DNA from: Verrucomicrobiota bacterium
GTDB taxonomy: Bacteria > Verrucomicrobiota > Verrucomicrobiia > Limisphaerales > UBA9464
Length of the DNA stretch: 64,000 bases
Direction of reading: 5' to 3'
Assembly: GCA_016871615.1 (NCBI GenBank)
Contig: VHCX01000005.1
Span: forward strand, 21,868 to 85,867
Numbering within the stretch: position 1 is the first letter of the stretch; each line of letters opens with the position of its first letter. A program made the position numbers and the translations under genes. The notes under the pieces are model-generated. The model made no database searches, was not told where the DNA came from, and saw nothing but the letters and a program-made list of their open reading frames with translations. Shown here in pieces: positions 27,201-36,651 of the stretch.

Positions 27201-29351
27201 TCACGGGGAGACCTGGAGGACGTAGGCTCCGGTCTCGGTGCCGGACGAACCGCGGACCTCGATCGAGTAGGTCCCCGCAGGCAGCTTGCGCCGGATGCGG
27301 AAATTGGAGCCGACGCCCAGGTCGTCATCCTCGGCGAGGGTCCGGCCGGAGGCGTCCCGGAGGATTCCCCGGGTGTCGAGCGGGCCCGTCGTCGTCAACG
27401 CGACGGTGGCGGCCTGCGTCAGGACGAAGCGGAACACATCCAGGTCCCGTGCGGTCTCAAGCCGGGCCTGGGTGGTCGAGGGCACGGCCACGCGGGCGGC
27501 CGTGGCCGGGGTGTTGCCCACGTCGTCCTTGGGTGCGGTGCCGGTGCCGGCGACCACGAAGTCGAAGGGCGATTCGTCGGCATCGTTGTTTGGCAGGCTC
27601 ACGGAGGCCACGTGCCGGCCCGGATTGAGCGGGTTGAAGGTGATCTGGAACGACGCCGAGCGACCGGGAGCCACCGCGGCGGGCGCCTGCGTGGTGATCC
27701 GGAACTGGGAGGCTCCCGGACCCCCGAGACGCACCGCCCCCAGGAGAAGCGTGGCCTTGCCGGTGTTGCGCACCGAGAAGGAGGTGGCCCGGCCCCCGTC
27801 CCCAAGCTCCACCGATCCGAAATCGGTGCCATCCGGGGTCCTGGCCGCCATGGCCCCGTCGGCGATCGGCGTCGCGGCCAACCCCAGGAGCCCGATCTCC
27901 GGAGTCCCCGTGGCCTCCGGCGCGGCCGTCCACTTGGCCAGCACCGTGTAGGCCCCCCGGGAGGACCCGTTGCCGGTGACCTTCAGGAAACAGGTTCCGG
28001 CGGCAAGTCGGGTGAGGATGAGGAAGTTGGGGGTTCCCGCCCCGTTGTCGTCGGAGGCCAGGACCGTGCCGGAGGCGTCGACCAGGACCGCCTGGACGTC
28101 GTTGGTGCCCGAACTGCCGAGGCTCACCGTGCCGGGGCCGTCCACCTCGAGACGGAACCAATCCTGGTCGGCGGTGCTCTCCAGGAGAGCCCGCATGGGG
28201 GTGTTCCAAGCCAGCAGGGTGGCCGTGGCCGCGGTGTCGCCGTGATCGTCGGCGGCCGCCCCGGAAGCGGGGCCTCCGATCTGCCCGAGGATCCAGGAAC
28301 GCTGGGAGAGCGTGTTGCCGTAGATGCCCGGGACGCCATCGCGACCACATCCGTCGCCAAAGCTGACGGTGCCGGCATGGCGCCAGCCACCACGGCCATC
28401 GGAGACGACCAGCGGGCCGCCGCTGTCGCCCTGGCAGGTGTCCCGGCCGCCGCCCGGGACCCCGGCCGCCAGGTGCACCGAGGACAACCCGGGATAGACC
28501 CGGGAGGCCTCGTCGAGACCGACGAGGTTCAGGTCGACCTCGAGCAGCACCGCCGACAGGCGCCCGTCTTCCGAGATCGTGCCCCAGCCCATGCCCCGGA
28601 CCGCGGTTCCCGGGGCGATCTGTGCGGCCGCATCCACCAGCGGAAGGACCGGCACCCCGGTCAATGGCTTGGAGAGCCGGAGCAGGGCGAAATCGTTGAC
28701 CAGCGATCCCATAACCGTGCCGAAGCGCGGATGGACCACGATCTGCGACACGGCCACCCGCGGGCCGTCCCGGGACGACCGCAGGTCATGGCCGCCCACG
28801 AGCACGTCGAGCGAGGAGGCCGACAATCCTTCGACGCAATGGGCCGCCGACAGCACCCACTGCGGATGGATGAGCGCACCGCCGCAGAATTGTCCGTCGA
28901 TCGGTGCCTGACCCCGCCGGAGGAGGGCCGTCATCCAGGGATAGGCCCCTTTGGGCGCGGCCTGCCCTCCCACAATCTTGGGGGCGGCCTCCTGGCGGGA
29001 TGAGGCGGCCGGGAGGGACCCGGTCCAGAGGGCGACGGCCAGGGCCACGGCGCCCTGGGCCACCCGGGCAGCATGGAGGGCCTGTCCTGGCAGACGCAGC
29101 AGGAGGCCAAGGGCCCGCGCCGGGAACTCGGAGCCTGCCTGGAAACTCGAGGGGGTCCTGCCGGGAGGAATATTGGTGACGGCCACGGCGGGGAGACCAG
29201 GGCAGCCCCGAAGCGGGCCAAACGACGTTCGTGGCCCAGGCGGGGTTCGGGACCCGGAGGGAGGGTGTGCGGACGGAGGTTGGAGGATCGGAGGGAAGAA
29301 GGGAGGGAAGGAGGTGGGAGGCAAGCTCCTGGGAACAGGCATCGGTTTCAT
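27201..29351 (-). CDS. Secreted trypsin-like (S1 family) serine protease with C-terminal PPC-type and choice-of-anchor-D-like domains
   Basis: 'IVGGQAAPKGAYPWM', 'LSAAHC' (His), 'DFALLRL' (Asp) and 'CQGDSGGPL' (Ser). Then two 'DD.G.T...A........D.D.F.......G.....' pre-peptidase C-terminal-like modules flank a 'FG.VELG......F.V.N.G...L......L.G.GASQF' module. The true start within the ORF is uncertain. Confidence 0.85.
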   Translation of the reverse strand: MKPMPVPRSLPPTSFPPFFPPILQPPSAHPPSGSRTPPGPRTSFGPLRGCPGLPAVAVTNIPPGRTPSSFQAGSEFPARALGLLLRLPGQALHAARVAQGAVALAVALWTGSLPAASSRQEAAPKIVGGQAAPKGAYPWMTALLRRGQAPIDGQFCGGALIHPQWVLSAAHCVEGLSASSLDVLVGGHDLRSSRDGPRVAVSQIVVHPRFGTVMGSLVNDFALLRLSKPLTGVPVLPLVDAAAQIAPGTAVRGMGWGTISEDGRLSAVLLEVDLNLVGLDEASRVYPGLSSVHLAAGVPGGGRDTCQGDSGGPLVVSDGRGGWRHAGTVSFGDGCGRDGVPGIYGNTLSQRSWILGQIGGPASGAAADDHGDTAATATLLAWNTPMRALLESTADQDWFRLEVDGPGTVSLGSSGTNDVQAVLVDASGTVLASDDNGAGTPNFLILTRLAAGTCFLKVTGNGSSRGAYTVLAKWTAAPEATGTPEIGLLGLAATPIADGAMAARTPDGTDFGSVELGDGGRATSFSVRNTGKATLLLGAVRLGGPGASQFRITTQAPAAVAPGRSASFQITFNPLNPGRHVASVSLPNNDADESPFDFVVAGTGTAPKDDVGNTPATAARVAVPSTTQARLETARDLDVFRFVLTQAATVALTTTGPLDTRGILRDASGRTLAEDDDLGVGSNFRIRRKLPAGTYSIEVRGSSGTETGAYVLQVSP

Positions 29352-29479
29352 GACGCCCGCCAGACTCGGCCATCGATGTTACCTCCGGATGACGGCGGGC
29401 CGGATTCCTCAGGCGGTGACCCCGGGGTTTGCGAAGGCGCGGCCCTGCAGGACCGGAGGAGACCCGCCTGGCCAGCGCT

Positions 29480-30181
29480 TCAGGCGGCTTGGGGGCCGTC
29501 GCCGGGGGCCTCGAAGCGGTATCCCACCTGGGGCACTGTCTGGATGAGGCGGGGACGGTTGGGGTTCTCCTCGACCTTGGCACGCAGGGTCGTGACGGCA
29601 CGGTCCACGCTGCGGTCGGTCACGGCGGCCTCCGACCAGACCGCTTCCAGGATCTGTTCGCGGGTGAGGGCCCGACCGGCCTTGCGGGTGAAGAACTCGA
29701 GCAACCCGTACTCCTTGGGGGTCAGTTCGATCTCGACGCCGCCACGGCGGACCCGCCGCGCACCCCGGTCGATCTCCAGCGAGCCGATGCGCACGAGGTC
29801 GGGAAGCGCCCGGCGGTGTCGGCGGAGCAGCGCGGCCACGCGGGCCAGGAGTTCGCCGATGCCGAAGGGCTTGGTGACGTAGTCGTCAGCCCCGAGGTTC
29901 AGGCCCCGCACCACCTGGGCCTCCTCGCCCAGGGCCGTCAGCATGACCACCGGCATCTCGAGGCCGTCGGCCCGGAGCCGCCGGCAGATCTCGTGGCCCG
30001 AGAGGCCGGGCAGCAGCAGATCCAGCAGGATCAGGTCGGGCCTCAGGGTCCGGGCCTGCTCGAGGCCCTGACGGCCGTCGCCCGCCGAATGCACCCGGTA
30101 GCCGGCTCGCCGGAGGTTGTCGGTGAGGCCGAAGAGGATCGAGGCGTCGTCCTCGACCACGAGGATGAGTTCAGGCGTCAT
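29480..30181 (-). CDS. OmpR/PhoB-family two-component response regulator
   Basis: 'ILVVEDD', 'DLILLDLLLPGLSG', 'MLTA', 'GADDYVTKPF', and the winged-helix 'LTPKEYGLLEFF.......L.REQIL..VW', 'VGYRF'. The ATG overlaps the kinase stop (ATGA). Confidence 0.93.
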   Translation of the reverse strand: MTPELILVVEDDASILFGLTDNLRRAGYRVHSAGDGRQGLEQARTLRPDLILLDLLLPGLSGHEICRRLRADGLEMPVVMLTALGEEAQVVRGLNLGADDYVTKPFGIGELLARVAALLRRHRRALPDLVRIGSLEIDRGARRVRRGGVEIELTPKEYGLLEFFTRKAGRALTREQILEAVWSEAAVTDRSVDRAVTTLRAKVEENPNRPRLIQTVPQVGYRFEAPGDGPQAA

Positions 30182-32206
30182 CGGGAGGGTCGATTCTTGG
30201 GAGTCGGGCGGGCACCGGAGGGCCCAAGGGGACCGGGGGGTTCGTCGGGAACCGCCGGCACGACCAGGGCGAAGCGGCTGCCGCGGCCCGGGGTGGACTC
30301 CACCTCCACCTCGCCGCCGTGGGCCTCGACGATGGAGCGGACGATATGGAGGCCGAGGCCGGCGCCAGTGACCGTGCCCGCCGTACCACCCGGGCCGTCG
30401 AGCCGGTGGAACTTCCCGAAGATGTGGTCGCGCTGGGCCGGGTCGAAGCCGATCCCGTTGTCGGTGACCGAGAAGCGGACCCGCTCGCCGCACCGGTCGA
30501 CCGCCAGGACGATGCGCTTGTGGGGGCCCGTGTACTTGTGGGCGTTCTCGAGCAGGTTCAGGAGCGCGGTGGTGAGGGAGGGGGCGTCGGCGAGGACCCG
30601 GGGCAGACCGCCGGCGACCTCCGTGCGGAGGTCGCAGCCGGGGGCGGCGAAGCGGGGCCTGACGCTCCGGACCGCCACCTCGACCACGGTCTCGGGCGCG
30701 GTGGGCTGGAAGTCATAGGCCATGGCCCCGCGCTCCAGGCGGGCGAAGGTAAGGTAGTCGTCGACGAGGCGGCCGAGCCGGACCGTCTCGCCGGAGACGA
30801 CCTCCAGGTAGGCACGGGTGCGACCCGGCTCCGGTTCGGGATCAGCCACGAGGCTGTCGACCAGCATCCGGAGCCACGAGGCTGTCGACCAGCATCCGGA
30901 TGGAGGTCATGGGGGTGCGCAGCTCGTGGGAGATGGTGGTCAGGAAGTCATGGCGCACCTCGGCCAGACGGACCCGGCGCAGGAAGCGCTGGATGGCCAG
31001 GAAGGCCAGCACGGCCCCGAGCAGGGCGGCGCTTGCGGCCGAGCCCACCTGCAGCACGGCCTCGCGGCGGGCCGACCCGGCCCAGCGGGCCTCGGCGACC
31101 GAGGGATCCAGGCTCAGGGCCCATCCCGGGAGGCTGGCGCCGAGGGAGGCCGAAACCCCGGCGGCGCCGGCGTCCGGGCCACCGGCCACACCGCCGGCAG
31201 GGACGAGACGGGCCGCGTATCCGAGGGAACCCAGCTCGCGGTCAATCCGCTGCTCGAGGGCCGCGTGGAGCCGGTCGCGGCGGTGCAGCCAGGCCGCGCC
31301 GCCGCCCGGCGCGGGGAGCGACCACACCTGCCCCCGGGGTTCCGAGGCGTCGAACCGGAACAGGTGGCGCGTGGTCCGGAGGTCGGGACGCGCCAGGGCG
31401 GGCATCCCGACAAGGCTCTGGGACACGGCCACGCCGAGCGCCTCGGCCGGCTCCGTGGGCAGGGCCACCGGATGGCCGATGCGCCGCAGCTCCCGCGCCA
31501 GGTGGAGCCGCTGGCTGGCCGGCAACAGGGGCGCCCCGTGACCGGCGACCTGGCGGCCCAGGACCTCGACGGTGGGCAGGAACCTCGGATCATCGCGGGA
31601 CATCCGTTGCAGCGCGGCCCATCGGATGCCCGGCAGGTAGAGCCGACCGGACGGCGAGCGGCTGGCCTCCAGCCGCTGCTCCACCCACCGGGCGGCCAGG
31701 TCGAGGTAGGCGTCGGACATCGGCTGCGTGATGAGGCGCTGGTGGAAGTCGCCGATGAGGGCCTCGCCCCGGGCGTCCACCTCCGGGGGGTCAAGCCCAC
31801 CCGTGGCGGGCGCGGGATAGGCCGGGAGGCCGTCGGCATCGAGGACGAGCAGCCCGTCGGGAAGCTCCTCCGGGATGCGGCCGGCGGCCGCCGCGGCCAG
31901 CAGCGTGGCGAAGGCGACGCCCGACTCGGACGGGTCGACGGGCGGGAGCCGCCGACCAGCCCGCTCCGCCAGCACCCCGAGGTCCCGCTCCACGGTCCGG
32001 ACCGCCTGCTCCACCCGGAGCCGGTGCAGGGCCTGCCGGGCCCGGGGGCCATCCCTCCGGTCGCGATCCCATCCGCGGAGCGTCGTCCACAGCAGCAGCG
32101 CCGCCGGCAGGGCGACGGCCAGGCCGATGGCCGCGAGGGACAACAGGAGTTCCCCCCGCGGTCTCAGGCGCAGCGCGGGCAGGCTTGGGAGGAGTCGATC
32201 CGGCAC
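30178..32206 (-). pseudogene. Sensor histidine kinase (two TM segments plus a large periplasmic domain), frame broken by a 28-bp tandem duplication just after the H-box
   Basis: The upstream ORF ends '...FLTTISHELRTPMTSIRMLVDSLVA|PDAG..'. The downstream ORF begins 'MLVDSLVADPEPEP...' and carries HATPase motifs ('LLENAHKYT', 'DNGIGF', 'GAGLGL'). GTG 32206 is preceded by GGGAGA at a 9-nt spacing. The span is 2029 nt, and 2029-28=2001=3x667. Confidence 0.85.
30844..30899. repeat. Tandem direct duplication, 2 x 28 bp (perfect)
   Basis: 30844-30871 and 30872-30899 are both 'agccacgaggctgtcgaccagcatccgg'. The next base (30900, a) extends the match by 1. Confidence 0.97.
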
Positions 32207-32231
32207 GAGTCGTGGTCTCCCGGGTGGGGGC

Positions 32232-33740
32232 TCAGAGTCCGTAGGGCTTGAGCAGTTGTCGGGCACGGACGAGGTCGCCGGCCCGCAGCGTGTCGACCAC
32301 GACGGCCCAGTCGTCGAGCCAACGGCGGAGCCGGGCGCGGACAGGGCGGTCCGGGTCGGGCGCGACGGGTCCGGTGGCGGCGCCGAGCCGGGCGTCGATC
32401 GCCCGGACGCGGTTGATCGCCTCGGCCAAGGGAGGCACCGGATCTCCGGAATCCTCCGGGGACTCGAGGGCGCGCAGGGATTCGTCGACGCAGGCGAGGA
32501 CGGCCACCAGCTCGGGCGTGAGTTCGGGCGGGAAGTCCGACAGGCCCGGCACATGCAGGGTGAAGGCGCCGAAGGAGCGGCGGAGGGTGCGCACCGCCTG
32601 CAGCCAGACGGCCCGCGCCTCGGCCAGGCGTCCCTCGGACATGCGGGCCGACACCGCCTCCGCCGCCTGCCGGACCATCCCGAGGTAGTCGGCCGTGAGC
32701 GACGGCCGGCCGTCGCGGTTGATCGGCCCGGCCCATCGGGCGGCACGGTCGGCCTCATGGCGCACCCCGGCCGGGTCGCCGGCGGCGAGGGCCCGGGCCA
32801 GTCGGTCCCGGCATTCGACGACCCGGGCATTGGCGTCGTCCGGGGCGAAGAGCGCGGTCCGGTCGACCAGCCACGCCCTGGCCGCGCTGAGGGCCCAGGC
32901 GGCGCGGACCGGCACGGGCCCGGCCGGGCCATCGACGGCGACGGAGGGGCCGGAGACGCCGGGGCCCCCGGGGACATCGGGGGCGAGCAGGGCCTCGAGG
33001 GCGGGGATGGCACGTTCCACGGCCTCGAGATCGCCCCCGACCACCTGACGTCGCAGGGCCCCGAGCGCGTCCAGCATCTCGCCGACGAGTTCGCGCACGG
33101 CTCCTTCCTGGGCGACGCCGGACGGATCCAGGAGCGGGTCCAGCAGCAGCGCCAGCTCGCCGAGGAAAAGCCGCTCGTCCTGGAACCAGCTCCGGTCCCT
33201 CGGGCTGGCCTCGGGCGAGAGGAGCAGGAGGTTGTGGGACGCCTTCCGGGCGAAGGGCTCGGTCTCGGGGAATTCGCGGACCAGGCGGAGGAAGAGGGCC
33301 ACGGCCGGGGTGAAGTTGCCCCGCATCGAATGGCAGACGCCCAGGCGGTGCATGGACTCGACGCGGACCCGGTCGGGCAGCCGGGGTTGCCCGAGCAGGC
33401 GCTCGTGGAGGCCGATGGCGCCCGCGCCATCCCCGAGGATCTCCTCGCGCCACGCCGCCTCCTCGAGGGTCATCTGGGCGTCGATGGCGGACGTCGACCC
33501 TCCGGGAGGAACAGGTGGGGCGGAGGCCTCGCCGGCGCCCGCCAGGAGGAGCAGGGTGCCCAGGACGGTCAGGACGGCCAGGACGGCCACAGCATGCCCG
33601 CGACCGCGGCCACGACGGCCATGAGGCACCCGCCACGGCGACCGGAAACAAGACCGTGGGCTCCGCCACCGCTGCGCGCCCGGGCTGGAGGCGCTCGCGA
33701 CGGATCCGGGCGATGGGTTCGGGACGGGGAAATTCCTCAT
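32232..33740 (-). CDS. Membrane-anchored hypothetical protein (helical, TPR-like N-terminal part), immediately upstream of the sensor kinase
   Basis: TM 'AVAVLAVLTVLGTLLLLAGAG'. The composition is helical and Ala/Leu/Arg-rich. The stop lies 26 nt before the kinase GTG. The start is ATG 33740, with 33791 as the alternative. Confidence 0.6.
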   Translation of the reverse strand: MRNFPVPNPSPGSVASASSPGAQRWRSPRSCFRSPWRVPHGRRGRGRGHAVAVLAVLTVLGTLLLLAGAGEASAPPVPPGGSTSAIDAQMTLEEAAWREEILGDGAGAIGLHERLLGQPRLPDRVRVESMHRLGVCHSMRGNFTPAVALFLRLVREFPETEPFARKASHNLLLLSPEASPRDRSWFQDERLFLGELALLLDPLLDPSGVAQEGAVRELVGEMLDALGALRRQVVGGDLEAVERAIPALEALLAPDVPGGPGVSGPSVAVDGPAGPVPVRAAWALSAARAWLVDRTALFAPDDANARVVECRDRLARALAAGDPAGVRHEADRAARWAGPINRDGRPSLTADYLGMVRQAAEAVSARMSEGRLAEARAVWLQAVRTLRRSFGAFTLHVPGLSDFPPELTPELVAVLACVDESLRALESPEDSGDPVPPLAEAINRVRAIDARLGAATGPVAPDPDRPVRARLRRWLDDWAVVVDTLRAGDLVRARQLLKPYGL

Positions 33741-33872
33741 GGGACGGGACCTGGATCGTCGTCTCGGGGAAGTTGCCGGGTGTGGTGCCACGCTAGTCCG
33801 CGCCGCACCGCAGGTTCAAGCGTTCTGCGCTGGCCAGGCGTGGTCCGTCCGAATGAACCTCGTGGCCACCTC

Positions 33873-35111
33873 ATGTCCCACTCCATCCTCCCGACGCGAC
33901 GCAGCGTCCCGGCGCAACTGGCAATTGTGTGGAACCTGGGCCTCGGGCTCGGCCTGGCCCCGGGACTCGGCACCGCGGGGCTGGACGCCGCGGGGCTGGG
34001 CCTGTCCTCGCCCCAGGCGCACCAGGTCCTCCAGCGGCGGACCGTCGACCGGGGCACGGTGGTGCTTGAGGGGACCGACGGCACCCTGGCCGACGGCGCG
34101 ATCGCCCTGGAGACGCGCTGGCTGGCCGGGGACCGGCCGGGTCCCTGGGTGCGGATCGACACGCCGACCTCGCGGGGCCGCTTCCGCTGCCCGGTGGAGA
34201 TGCCCGCCGGCGGATGGTTCCGGATCGAGGTGCGCCAGCTCGGGCCGGCCGGTCCCGGCACCACCGCCGCCGCGGCCCCGGCCGTGCTGGCCGAGGTGGC
34301 GGTGGAACCGGTGGGCGTCGGCGAGGTGTTCGTGGTGGCGGGCCAATCCAACTCGGCCAACCACGGCGAGGAACGCCAGGTGCCGCAGACCGGCTGGGTG
34401 AGCACCTTCGACGGCACGCGATGGCGTCCGGCCCACGACCCCCAGCCCGGCGCCAGCGGCGACGGAGGCAGCTTCCTGCCGCCCTTCGGCGACGCGCTGG
34501 CCCGACGCCTGGGGGTTCCGGTGGGCCTGGCCGCCTGCGGCATCGGCGCCACCAGCGTGCGCGAATGGCTCCCGAAGGGCTCGCGGTTCCCCAACCCGCC
34601 GACCCTGACGGGCCGCGTACGCCGGCTCGAGTCCGGCGAGTGGGAGAGCGATGGCGCGGCCTTCGAGGGCCTCGTGCGTCGATCGACCGCCTTCGGGCCC
34701 GGCGGCTTCCGGGCCGTGCTCTGGCACCAGGGCGAGAGCGACGCCAACCAGGCCGATCCCTCGCGCACCCTCGCCGGCGACCGCTACCGGGAATCGCTGG
34801 CCACCGTGATCCGGGAATCCCGCCGGCGCATCGGCTGGGAAGCCCCCTGGTTCGTGGCGCAGGCGAGCTACCACGTGCCCGGCGACGAGGGCTCCCCGGA
34901 GATCCGCGCCGCGCAGGCCTCGCTGTGGCGCGAGGGCATCGCCCGGCAGGGCCCCGACTCCGACGCGCTCAAAGGCACCTTGCGCGATTCCGGCGGCAAG
35001 GGCGTCCACTTCAGCGGACCGGGCCTCCGGGAGCACGGACGGCGCTGGGCCGAAGAGGTCGGCGCCTGGATCCAGTCGCCCGGACCCTGGGACGGCGGCG
35101 GCCGGCGGTAG
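33873..35111 (+). CDS. SGNH/DUF303-type carbohydrate esterase (sialate O-acetylesterase-like)
   Basis: 'VFVVAGQSNSANHG' (GQSN catalytic Ser block), 'WHQGESDA' and 'GVHFS'. The N-terminal region is signal-like. Confidence 0.7.
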   Translation: MSHSILPTRRSVPAQLAIVWNLGLGLGLAPGLGTAGLDAAGLGLSSPQAHQVLQRRTVDRGTVVLEGTDGTLADGAIALETRWLAGDRPGPWVRIDTPTSRGRFRCPVEMPAGGWFRIEVRQLGPAGPGTTAAAAPAVLAEVAVEPVGVGEVFVVAGQSNSANHGEERQVPQTGWVSTFDGTRWRPAHDPQPGASGDGGSFLPPFGDALARRLGVPVGLAACGIGATSVREWLPKGSRFPNPPTLTGRVRRLESGEWESDGAAFEGLVRRSTAFGPGGFRAVLWHQGESDANQADPSRTLAGDRYRESLATVIRESRRRIGWEAPWFVAQASYHVPGDEGSPEIRAAQASLWREGIARQGPDSDALKGTLRDSGGKGVHFSGPGLREHGRRWAEEVGAWIQSPGPWDGGGRR

Positions 35112-35139
35112 CCGAACACCCCGGGATCCCCGTCGGCCC

Positions 35140-36651
35140 TCAGAAGGCGATCCCCCAGCGGCGGCGGGCGAAGCCGTGGGCGACCGGCTTCACCTCGGCC
35201 AGCCGGGCACGCCAGTCGTCGCCACCGAAGCGCTTCTCGAAGGCGCGCACGTCCCGCTCGTACTCGGCCATCAGGCGCGCCTTGGCAGGCTCCTCGAGGA
35301 AGGACCACTTCAGCGAATCGCGCCCACAGCGGAGGAGCTCCTCCCAGGTCAGCTGGAACTCGGTGACGGCCGTGAAGTACTCGTCGGTCATGCCGGAGTC
35401 CCACATGCCCGAATCGTCGGTGGAGAGCCCGCAGGGCACCCCCAGGCGGAGCATCTCGGGGAAATGGTGCTGGGAGTAGTCGCCCACGTACTCCAGCAGG
35501 AGGTTGCTCACGAGATTGATCTCCATGAAGGCCAGGCCGTGTCGGAGGTGCAGCACGAGGTCGTCGTCGGTCAGCACGTTGTTGCCGTGGCCCAGCCGGG
35601 TCGCGCCGAGCATCAGCGTGTCGCGCAGGTGGGCGTTGGGCTCGTCCACCTCGCCGGCGTGGATCGACAGGCCGATGCCGGAGTGGCGGTGGCGCATGCG
35701 CCGGTACACGTCGAGGAAGCGCCGCGGGTGGCCTTTGTCGTTGTCCTCGCGGCCGGCCATGTTGACGCCCACCCAGAGGTCGCGGTGGCCGGCCACCCAG
35801 TCGTGGGCCTCCTCCACGCGACGGACGGCGTTGGGCGTGAAGCGCAGCACCACGTACTGCAGGCGCAGGGTGACGCCGGTGGCCAGAGCATCCGGCCGCG
35901 CGAGCCGCCGGCGGAGGATCCGCTCGCCCTCCTCGGGGTCGAGCATCGTGCCGTCGGGGGCGCCGAAGAGGTCGGGGATGGTCTGGGCCTCGATGTAGCG
36001 GACACCCTCGGCCCCGTAGCGGCGGAGGGTGCGGACGGTCATCTCGGCCATCAGGTGCGGATCGCGTCCGAGCGCGCCGAGCCGCGGCCAGATCCTCTCG
36101 AAGAACTCCTCGCGCCCCTCGCCCGGCCGGTCCAGGCGCAGGGAATCCATCCACTCGCGGGCCTGGGCGGGCGACAGGGCGTCGAGGGCCGTGTAGTCGG
36201 CCCTGCGGCAGGCGTCCATGGCGCCCCACTGGACGGCCGAGAGGGTCGCGAACCGGACCCAGTCGTTGGTGTCCCCGTCGCACCCGCCCGCGCGGAGCCG
36301 GGTGTAGAACCGGTTGGTTCCCACGATCGAGCGGTCGGTCGCCACCGCATACAGGTCCTCCATGCGCCAACAGCCCGCCGCATGGTGGTGCAGGTCGCCG
36401 CCCTTGGGCACGGCGTAGAGCAGGCGGTACAGGTCGGGCTTGGAGAGGGTCCGACGGAGTTCCCCAAACCGGTCGCCGAAGCCCTCGGCCAGCGCCGACG
36501 GCGGCAGGCCGGCGACGAGGGCCAAGGCCAGGGCCGTTCCGAGGGACAGGAGGCCATGGAACAGCGACGGGGCCCGGCCCGGCCGGGGGCCGGGGAGCCG
36601 ACGGGTCGGTCGATGGGTCGGTCGATGGGAGAAGGTCGGGCGGCGGGTCAT
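35140..36651 (-). CDS. Exported adenosine/adenine deaminase family protein (ADGF/CECR1-like long form)
   Basis: Signal peptide 'LLSLGTALALALVAGLPPSALA'. Metal ligands 'GGDLHHHAAG', 'SIHAGE' and 'LSTDDSGM'. The ATG overlaps the stop of the upstream NUP gene (ATGA). Confidence 0.8.
   Translation of the reverse strand: MTRRPTFSHRPTHRPTRRLPGPRPGRAPSLFHGLLSLGTALALALVAGLPPSALAEGFGDRFGELRRTLSKPDLYRLLYAVPKGGDLHHHAAGCWRMEDLYAVATDRSIVGTNRFYTRLRAGGCDGDTNDWVRFATLSAVQWGAMDACRRADYTALDALSPAQAREWMDSLRLDRPGEGREEFFERIWPRLGALGRDPHLMAEMTVRTLRRYGAEGVRYIEAQTIPDLFGAPDGTMLDPEEGERILRRRLARPDALATGVTLRLQYVVLRFTPNAVRRVEEAHDWVAGHRDLWVGVNMAGREDNDKGHPRRFLDVYRRMRHRHSGIGLSIHAGEVDEPNAHLRDTLMLGATRLGHGNNVLTDDDLVLHLRHGLAFMEINLVSNLLLEYVGDYSQHHFPEMLRLGVPCGLSTDDSGMWDSGMTDEYFTAVTEFQLTWEELLRCGRDSLKWSFLEEPAKARLMAEYERDVRAFEKRFGGDDWRARLAEVKPVAHGFARRRWGIAF

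Noticed and set aside
32207-33430. The N-terminal 408 codons of ORF 30842..33430, as a possible extension of the sensor kinase
   Set aside because: The translation is low-complexity Ser/Pro/Arg. The region is better explained by the 32232..33740 gene in another frame. GTG 32206, with an upstream GGGAGA, gives a kinase that begins right at its first TM segment.
36603-36626. A 12-bp x2 tandem repeat (gggtcggtcgat) in the adenosine-deaminase N-terminus, and the 9-bp repeats near 41281-41304 and 19225-19275
   Set aside because: They are short, in frame, and sit in low-complexity signal or linker regions (PTHR-PTHR, EPV-EPV, PPI/PQI). This is ordinary codon-level slippage, different in scale from the 28-104 bp duplications.
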